Source: an uncultured Actinomycetota bacterium
Lineage (GTDB): Bacteria; Actinomycetota; Actinomycetes; Mycobacteriales; Micromonosporaceae
Assembly: GCA_963836775.1 (NCBI GenBank)
Contig: CAWIKR010000002.1
Location: 663,042 to 727,041 of the forward strand
Reading direction: 5' to 3'
DNA length: 64,000 nucleotides
How positions within the stretch are numbered: position 1 is the first letter of the stretch; each line of letters starts with the position of its first letter. The notes under the pieces are model-generated. The model ran no database searches. It was not told where the DNA came from and worked only from the letters and a program-made list of their open reading frames with translations. A program made the translations under genes and the position numbers. Below, in pieces: positions 57,694 through 64,000 of the stretch.

Positions 57694-58137
57694 GTGACTG
57701 AAGTTCCCCTGCCGCCGACCAACCCCGCGATGGCACCGCAGGCGGCGGGTTCGGCCATCAACGTGAACTCGAAGTTCTTCCCGCTGTCGTTCTTCTTCCT
57801 GTTCACCAAGCCCAAGATTTCGATCGACGGCTACGAGATCCCGCAGCAGTCGTGGGGTCGGCAGAGCATCCCGGTTCAGCCCGGCCGGCACCAGATCGAC
57901 ATCCACACGCCATACTTCCTGCCGCCGCGGATCGGACCCGCCTCCGCGATCGTCGACTGCCCGCCCGGCCACGCGGTCGAGCTGGAATACCGGCCGCCGG
58001 TGTGGGCCTTCTCGGCCGGATCGCTGGGCACACCGCCGCAGAAATACAACGGCCTGTGGATCTACTGGGTCCTGCTGGGCATCGTCGCGCTGGCCATCAT
58101 CTGCTGCTGCGGCTCGGCCCTGCTCTCCAATAACTAG
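57694..58137 (+). CDS. Hypothetical membrane protein
   Basis: GTG after AGGAG; C-terminal TM LWIYWVLLGIVALAIICCCGSALL. Confidence 0.55.
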   Translation: MTEVPLPPTNPAMAPQAAGSAINVNSKFFPLSFFFLFTKPKISIDGYEIPQQSWGRQSIPVQPGRHQIDIHTPYFLPPRIGPASAIVDCPPGHAVELEYRPPVWAFSAGSLGTPPQKYNGLWIYWVLLGIVALAIICCCGSALLSNN

Positions 58138-58158
58138 GCAACCAGCTGGGATACAGAC

Positions 58159-58190
58159 GACGAGCCGTCATCGCGACGGCTCGTCTTCTT
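58159..58190. terminator. Rho-independent (bidirectional) terminator between the membrane protein gene and ileS
   Basis: GACGAGCCGTC-ATCGC-GACGGCTCGTC followed by TTCTTAATT. Confidence 0.85.
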
Positions 58191-58324
58191 AATTCGTTTG
58201 CATCCCGCGAGGTTTAGGACCGGATCCGGTTTCGCTGGGGTCCGAACGCGAAGTCGCCGTGTGCGAGTGCACTCAAGACTTTGCGTTCGGCCGCCAGCGG
58301 AAACGGAGGCGATTTGCAAATCGG

Positions 58325-61300
58325 TCAGGCCTTGGTGACCTTTACCTTGACGGTTTCGCCGTCGCCGGCCTCGCCGGCGAACGCATCGGCGTCGGCCAAC
58401 TCGGCAAACGCGACCGACGTGGACAGTGTCTCGTTGGCGATGAAGTCGCGGTGCGAGTCGACCGCCGCGGCGGTCTCCGATGCCGCGTCGACCACCAGCG
58501 CGATCCGGTCGCTGACATTCAGGTTCGCCGCACGACGAGCCTGCTGCACCACGCGTACGACGTCCCGCGCCAAGCCTTCAGCAGCCAGCGCCGGCGTGAC
58601 ATGAGTGTCCAGGACCACGACGCCCTCGCCACCGTCCAGCGACGCCGACTGCTCGGGATCGGCGGCCACCAGCTTCAGCTCGTATTCGCCGTCCTGCAGT
58701 GCCACGCCGCCCGCGGTGACCACGCCGTCAGCCACCGACCAGTCACCGGCCTTGACCGCCTTGATCACCTGTTGCACCGCGCCGCCGAGACGGGGCCCGA
58801 GCGCTCGCGGCACCAGCGACAGCACCCGCTCGCAGTAACCTGCGACGGCGGTGGTGAACTCGATCTCCTTGACGTTCACCTCGTCGCCGATCAGGTCGGC
58901 GAACGGCCGCAGCGCGTCCGCGTCCGGGGTCGCCACGGTGAGCTTGGCCAGCGGCAGCCGCACCCGCAGGCCGCGGGCCTTGCGCAGCGACAGCGCCGCC
59001 GAGCAGACATCGCGGACCGAGTCCATCGACGCGACCAGACCGTGGTCGGCCGGGAACGCATCGGCGGCCGGCCAGTCGGTCAGGTGCACCGAGCGCTCAC
59101 CGGTCAGCCCGCGCCAGATCTCCTCGGCGACCATCGGCGCCAGCGGGGCGACCACCCGGCACACCGTCTCGAGCACCGTGTAGAGGGTGTCGAAGGCGTC
59201 CCGGTCGCCGTCCCAGAACCGATCCCGGGACCGGCGCACATACCAGTTGGTGAGCGCGTCCAGGAAGCTGCGCACGGCGGTGCACGCGGCCGAGATGTCG
59301 TAGTCGTCCAGGCTCTTCGTCGTCTGCTCGACCAGTTCCCGGGTCTTGGCGAGGACGTACCGGTCGAGCAGGTGCGTCGAGTCGGTTCGGGCCCTAGCGG
59401 TGTAACCCTCGGCATTGGCGTAGAGCGTGAAGAAGTAGTACGTGTTCCAGAGCGGCAGCAGCGACTGGCGGACGGCGTCCCGGATCGCGTTCTCGGTCAC
59501 CGGCATGTCGCCACCGCGCAGCACCGGCGACGACATGAACGCCCAGCGGGTGGCGTCCGAGCCGTAGGAGTCGAACATCTCGTAGACGTCCGGGTAGTTG
59601 CGCAGGCTCTTGGACATCTTGCGGCCGTCCGCGCCGAGCAGGATGCCGTGCACGATCGCGCTGGAGAACGCCGGCCGGTCGAAGAGTGCGGTCGCCAGCA
59701 CATGCATGGTGTAGAACCAGCCGCGGACCTGGCCGATGTATTCCACGATGAAGTCGCCCGGGTAGTGGTTCTCGAACCACTCGCGGTTCTCGAACGGGTA
59801 GTGCACCTGGGCGAACGGCATCGATCCGGACTCGAACCAGCAGTCCAGGACGGCCGTCACCCGGCGCATGGTGGACTTGCCGGTCGGGTCGTCCGGATTG
59901 GGCCGGGTCAGGTTGTCGATTCCGGGCCGGTGCAGGTCGGTGACGCGGACGCCGAAGTCAGCCTCCAGCTCGGCGAACGAGCCGTAGACGTCGACCCGCG
60001 GATAGTTCGGGTCATCCGACTGCCAGACCGGGATCGGCGAACCCCAGAACCGGTTCCGACTGATCGACCAGTCCCGGGCGTTGGCCAGCCACTTGCCGAA
60101 CGAGCCGTCCTTGATGTGTGTCGGCGCCCAGCTGATCTGCTGGTTCAGCTCGACCATCCGGTCCTTGAACTTGGTCACGGCCACAAACCAGGACGAGACC
60201 GCCTTGTAGATCAGCGGGGTGTCGCAGCGCCAGCAGTGCGGGTACGAGTGGGTGTAGCTCTCGTGCCGGAACACCACCCCGCGGTCCTTGAGGTCACGGA
60301 TGATCGGCTTGTTCGCCTCGAATACCTGCATCCCGGCGTACGGCGGGACAAGCGAGGTGAATTTGGCGTGATCGTCGACGGTGACCACGGTCGGGATGCC
60401 GTTGGCCTTGCAGGCGTTCTGGTCTTCTTCACCGAAGGCCGGCGCCATGTGCACCACGCCGGTGCCGTCCTCGGTGCTGACGAAGTCGGCGGAGAGCACC
60501 TTGAACGCGTTTGGGGTGTCGGCCAGGAAGTCGAACAGCGGCGTGTAGGACCGGCCCACCAAGTCGGCGCCCTTGATCGTCTCGACCGGCTCGAAGTCGG
60601 CCAGCTCCTTGGCGTAGGCAGACACCCGTGCGGAGCCGACGACGACGCGCTCGCCATCCTTCTCGAGCACCGTGTAGTCGATGTCGGGGCCGACCGCCAC
60701 CGCCAAGTTGGACGGCAGAGTCCACGGCGTGGTCGTCCAGACCAGCAGCTTCTCGCCGGTCTCCAGCCGGAACGCGACGGTCAGCGCCGGATCCTGGCGA
60801 TCCTTGTAGACGTCGTCCATCCGGGTCTCGGTGTTGGACAGCGGGGTCTCGCAGCGCCAGCAGTAGGCCAGCACCGAGAAGCCCTCGTAGACCAGACCCT
60901 TGCCGTGGAGGGTCTTGAAGGCCCACATGACGCTTTCCATGTAGTCCGGGTCCAGTGTCTTGTAGTCGCCCTCGAAGTCGACCCAGCGGGCCTGCCGGGT
61001 GACGTAGCGCTCCCACTCCCGGGTGTAGCGCAGCACCGAGGTTCGGCACGCCTCATTGAACTTGTCCACGCCCAGCGCCAGGATCTCGGCCTTGCTGGTG
61101 ATGCCGAGCTGCTTCTCGGCCTCCACCTCGGCGGGCAGTCCATGGGTGTCCCAGCCGAACCGGCGCTCGACGCGGCGGCCGCGCATGGTCTGGTAGCGCG
61201 GCACCAGGTCCTTCACGAATCCGGTGAGCAGGTGGCCGTAGTGCGGCAGGCCGTTGGCGAACGGCGGGCCGTCGTAGAAGACGAACTCGTTGTCGCCGTT

Positions 61301-61447
61301 GGGTCCGGCATCGCGCGCGTCGACACTGGCCTGGAACGTCTTGTCGCCGGCCCAGTAGTCGAGCACGGCGTGCTCGATCTCCGGCAGCGCCGGCGAGGCG
61401 GCGACCTGGCTGCCCGGCTGATGCTGCGGGTACGGCTGCTGCGACAT
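58325..61447 (-). CDS. ileS: Isoleucine--tRNA ligase
   Basis: [14 protein letters not shown] (HIGH) and KMSKS motifs; 1040 aa. Confidence 0.97.
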   Translation of the reverse strand: MSQQPYPQHQPGSQVAASPALPEIEHAVLDYWAGDKTFQASVDARDAGPNGDNEFVFYDGPPFANGLPHYGHLLTGFVKDLVPRYQTMRGRRVERRFGWDTHGLPAEVEAEKQLGITSKAEILALGVDKFNEACRTSVLRYTREWERYVTRQARWVDFEGDYKTLDPDYMESVMWAFKTLHGKGLVYEGFSVLAYCWRCETPLSNTETRMDDVYKDRQDPALTVAFRLETGEKLLVWTTTPWTLPSNLAVAVGPDIDYTVLEKDGERVVVGSARVSAYAKELADFEPVETIKGADLVGRSYTPLFDFLADTPNAFKVLSADFVSTEDGTGVVHMAPAFGEEDQNACKANGIPTVVTVDDHAKFTSLVPPYAGMQVFEANKPIIRDLKDRGVVFRHESYTHSYPHCWRCDTPLIYKAVSSWFVAVTKFKDRMVELNQQISWAPTHIKDGSFGKWLANARDWSISRNRFWGSPIPVWQSDDPNYPRVDVYGSFAELEADFGVRVTDLHRPGIDNLTRPNPDDPTGKSTMRRVTAVLDCWFESGSMPFAQVHYPFENREWFENHYPGDFIVEYIGQVRGWFYTMHVLATALFDRPAFSSAIVHGILLGADGRKMSKSLRNYPDVYEMFDSYGSDATRWAFMSSPVLRGGDMPVTENAIRDAVRQSLLPLWNTYYFFTLYANAEGYTARARTDSTHLLDRYVLAKTRELVEQTTKSLDDYDISAACTAVRSFLDALTNWYVRRSRDRFWDGDRDAFDTLYTVLETVCRVVAPLAPMVAEEIWRGLTGERSVHLTDWPAADAFPADHGLVASMDSVRDVCSAALSLRKARGLRVRLPLAKLTVATPDADALRPFADLIGDEVNVKEIEFTTAVAGYCERVLSLVPRALGPRLGGAVQQVIKAVKAGDWSVADGVVTAGGVALQDGEYELKLVAADPEQSASLDGGEGVVVLDTHVTPALAAEGLARDVVRVVQQARRAANLNVSDRIALVVDAASETAAAVDSHRDFIANETLSTSVAFAELADADAFAGEAGDGETVKVKVTKA

Positions 61448-61700
61448 ATCGGTGGCTCTCCTCGGAAACTGATTCGCACTGAAAATCAGACGTCGAGGAC
61501 GAGCAAGCCCGCGGTACCACCTCGTTTGGCCGCTGATCGCGACCCGCTCTTGTGGTCGGCTGTGACGGGCCTTACCCGTCCGGTTCTACCGCCGATCATG
61601 AGATCGGTTTCTTCCGGAAGCTCACCGGTGATTGCCGGGTCGAAGCTGGTAGGTCGAGAGTACCGGATTCGGCCGCCGACCGTCATCGCCGTTTATTCTG
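61448..61700 (-). promoter_or_regulatory. T-box leader (tRNA-Ile sensing, translational SD-sequestering type)
   Basis: Minus strand has AACGAGGUGGUACCGCGGG at about 61507-61526. The following CUCGUCCUCG (61494-61503) is complementary to the SD region CGAGGAGAG (about 61456-61465). The 5' boundary is a guess. Confidence 0.8.
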
Positions 61701-61969
61701 TCGCGACTGTCGGCCGTGTCGGATTTGTGACGATGCTCCGGCCCGGTCGCGCTCGACGCCGCGCAGGGGACGGACAAACTCACATGGCATGATCCTTCGT
61801 TGATAACAAGAACGGCACCAACCGTCGGCTTTCTGGCAAAACCGGTCGGCGGGCGGGTAGAACGGTTCTGACCGCGCTTCGAGGCGAGCGTGGTTTTGTC
61901 TACTCTTGACGCGACGGCGCCCAGCTCATCGGCGTCCGCGGACGGAACGAGCACGGAGGCAGGGCACGC

Positions 61970-63643
61970 GTGGGCGGCATCAAAAGCAAGGTTCGTTCCA
62001 AGGTCATGCCGCTGTTCCTCAATCTGCTCGCCACGGTCGCATTCGTGCTGCTCGCCCTCACCTCGCACGTGTGGATCGGCCTGGTGGTGGCCGCCGTCGC
62101 GATCGTCGGGCTGGCCTGGCAGGCGCTCGGGCAGTCGTTCACCGACACCATCAGCGGTCAGCTGCTGCTGGTCACCGGATTGCTGATCACCTATCAGGAT
62201 CGCGTGCCGTCGGCCGCCACCAGCGCGCTGGTGATCGCCGGCCTCGCGATCGGTTCGTTGATCGCGAACCAGCCGCTGCTCGTCTTCTTGATCGAGCGCC
62301 CGTCGATCAAGGTGGCCAACCTTCCCGGCTACGCCGCCGGGCGGGACACCACGCTGCCGCCGCGATGGCTCTATGCCTCCGCTCCGGGCCTGCTCGCTGT
62401 CCTCGCGATCCTGGTCGCGGCGAAGATCAACCCCTGGATCATCGCCGGACTCGCCCTCGCGGCCTGCCTCACCGCCGCGGTCACCACTGCTCAGGCCCTT
62501 CGGGGTCGTCGCAGCGCGCACAGTCTCGACAAGCGGCTCCGGACCGCGCTGCAGGCGTACGACCCCCAGTTCGCCTTTTACTTCACCGCCCCGCCGAACT
62601 CGGAGTACCACATCGGCATGTGGTACCCGTACCTGAAGCGGATCGGCAAGCCGTTCGTGATCATCCTGCGGGAGCGCGCGGCATTGCCGGTCGTCGCCGC
62701 GATGGTCGATGTTCCGGTTCTCTACTGCGAGCACGAGTCGTTCGTCGATCAGGTCGTGCTGCCCGGCATGAAGGCCTGCTTCTACGCCAACAACGGCTCG
62801 AAGAACAGCCACATGGTCCGATTCAATCGGCTCACCCACATCCAGCTGCTCCACGGCGATAGTGACAAGGCCTCCAGCTACAACCCGGTCACCGGCATCT
62901 ACGACCGGATCTTCGTGGCCGGACAGGCCGGCATCGACCGATACGAAGCCAACGGGGTGCTGATCCCGGCCCAGAAGTTCGACATCGTCGGCCGGCCGCA
63001 GGTCGAGGACATTCACGTGTCCGACGCCACGGTCGGCGACTTGGCCAACACCACCGTGCTCTACGCCTCCACCTGGGTCGGCAACTACTCCGACGCCAGC
63101 TACTCGTCGCTGCACCTCGGCGAGCAGATCATCCGCAAGCTGCTGGACCGGCACGCGACGGTGATCCTCCGGCCGCACCCCTACGCCCGCCGGGATCTCG
63201 ATTCGGCCCGGCGCCTGGCGCGAATGGAGCAGATGCTCGCCGACGACGCCGCCAAGACCGGCCGCAATCACCTCTACGGCGAGGTCAGCTCGGTGCAGAT
63301 GTCGCTGTTCGACTGCATCAACTCGGCCGACGCGATGATCTCCGATGTGTCCGCGGTCGCCTCCGACTGGCTGTTCTCGCGGAAGCCGTTCGCGCTCACC
63401 AACGTCCTGGACGAGGAGCGGTCCGCCTTCGAGGCGGCGTTCCCGCTGGCCCGGGCGGCCTACGTGATCGACCACGACGCGGCCAACCTGGACGAGATCC
63501 TGGATCAGCTGCTGAAGATCGACTCGCTGGTGGCTACTCGGCGCGACCTGCGCACCTACTATCTGGGCGATTTCCCGACCGAGACCTACTCGGACGGCTT
63601 CGTCTCGGCGGCCACCAAATACGTCACCACGACCCGCGGCTGA
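61970..63643 (+). CDS. Membrane-anchored CDP-glycerol glycerophosphotransferase (TagB/TagF) family protein
   Basis: About 190-aa polytopic N-terminus, then a TagF-like C-terminal domain (LLHGDSDK..., ILRPHP..., ISDVSAVASDWLFSRKPF); assignment from pattern memory only. Confidence 0.6.
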   Translation: MGGIKSKVRSKVMPLFLNLLATVAFVLLALTSHVWIGLVVAAVAIVGLAWQALGQSFTDTISGQLLLVTGLLITYQDRVPSAATSALVIAGLAIGSLIANQPLLVFLIERPSIKVANLPGYAAGRDTTLPPRWLYASAPGLLAVLAILVAAKINPWIIAGLALAACLTAAVTTAQALRGRRSAHSLDKRLRTALQAYDPQFAFYFTAPPNSEYHIGMWYPYLKRIGKPFVIILRERAALPVVAAMVDVPVLYCEHESFVDQVVLPGMKACFYANNGSKNSHMVRFNRLTHIQLLHGDSDKASSYNPVTGIYDRIFVAGQAGIDRYEANGVLIPAQKFDIVGRPQVEDIHVSDATVGDLANTTVLYASTWVGNYSDASYSSLHLGEQIIRKLLDRHATVILRPHPYARRDLDSARRLARMEQMLADDAAKTGRNHLYGEVSSVQMSLFDCINSADAMISDVSAVASDWLFSRKPFALTNVLDEERSAFEAAFPLARAAYVIDHDAANLDEILDQLLKIDSLVATRRDLRTYYLGDFPTETYSDGFVSAATKYVTTTRG

Positions 63644-63797
63644 GCCGCCCGGCCGCCGGCGCGCCACCTGGCGGGTGTATCGGCGCGGCGCGCCGATCCA
63701 CCCTCCGACCTGCGCCGTTGTCCGCGATCTCAGCGGCCCCTTTTGGATTCGCACAAACCGGCTTAGCCTGATCGACAACGCTCAGGAGGTCGAAAAG

Positions 63798-64000
63798 GTG
63801 GAACGGAACCGGCGCTGGGTGATCACCTCGCGGCGGCTGATCATCAGTGCGGTGCTCTCCATCGCCGCGATCTTCGTCATATTCGCCGGCCTCGGCCTGC
63901 ACAACGGGCAGGTGCTCGCGGTCGGGCTCGCCATCCTCGCCGGCGCCGCCGCGCTCGCGGTGATCTCGGCCATGACCAGCAAGGTCCGGGGTGTCGCGAC
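63798..64000 (+). CDS. Membrane protein, 3' end cut by window edge
   Basis: GTG after AGGAGG (63785-63790); hydrophobic reading VERNRRWVITSRRLIISAVLSIAAIFVIFAGLGL... open to the window end. Confidence 0.45.
   Translation, partial: MERNRRWVITSRRLIISAVLSIAAIFVIFAGLGLHNGQVLAVGLAILAGAAALAVISAMTSKVRGVA

Noticed and set aside
58259-61792. 1177-aa plus-strand ORF. Similar very long ORFs occur at 39124..41568, 52638..55085, 43508..45202, 61622..63778 and 44254..46446
   Set aside because: Each lies antisense or out of frame to a strongly conserved gene (ileS, pepN, the radical SAM gene, the MFS genes, the TagF-like gene). Their translations are Arg/Gly/Pro/Asp-rich low-complexity sequence, typical of stop-free alternative frames in about 70% GC DNA.
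1-64000. Search for mobile elements, prophage, defence islands, biosynthetic clusters, rRNA/tRNA
   Set aside because: No integrase, transposase, recombinase, cas, restriction-modification, PKS/NRPS or phage structural signatures were seen in any frame. No cloverleaf-like or rRNA-like segments were noticed. The gene content is overwhelmingly conserved housekeeping.

Overview
This is a high-GC (roughly 70%) actinobacterial chromosomal core region. It holds about 60 protein genes, mostly on the minus strand and tightly packed, with many 4-nt start/stop overlaps. Gene order parallels the Mycobacterium tuberculosis Rv2358-Rv2421c neighbourhood plus the obg/rne and ileS loci. In order: znuC-znuB-arsR/smtB-zur; a PIN/HTH toxin-antitoxin pair; TetR + MFS exporter; acyl-CoA dehydrogenase; uppS-recO; era, a cytidine-deaminase-like gene, CNNM/CBS, ybeY, phoH; HIT + serine hydrolase; rsmE-dnaJ-hrcA with a CIRCE operator; hemW; lepA; rpsT; holA-comEC-comEA; degV; histidine phosphatase-rsfS-nadD; PaaK-like ligase; pepN; trpS; PadR + MFS; obg-rpmA-rplU; rne; the TIGR03936/TIGR03960 radical-SAM pair; a PlsC-like acyltransferase; ileS with a T-box leader; and a TagF-like glycerophosphotransferase. 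I saw no rRNA, tRNA, CRISPR array, transposase, integrase or phage genes. I did not find a convincing novel multi-gene system; this is largely an ordinary housekeeping region. Four things are most worth a second look. (i) A 13-codon Trp-Trp leader ORF with attenuator-like alternative hairpins lies upstream of trpS. (ii) There are two families of palindromic intergenic repeats: an 85-bp TGATCAAGTGC-ended element (2 copies) and a GATCTTGCGATGTTGG hairpin element (2 full copies plus 2 partial/degenerate). Both occur in a repeat hotspot downstream of rpsT. (iii) A 39-bp minisatellite begins at the stop codon of the PaaK-like gene. (iv) Six single-base frameshifts fall in four conserved genes (dnaJ, histidine phosphatase, trpS x2, obg x2); consensus indel errors are the simplest explanation. 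Start codons were chosen from conserved N-termini, RBS and overlap context. Non-coding coordinates were hand-indexed against the ORF track and may be off by 1-2 nt.
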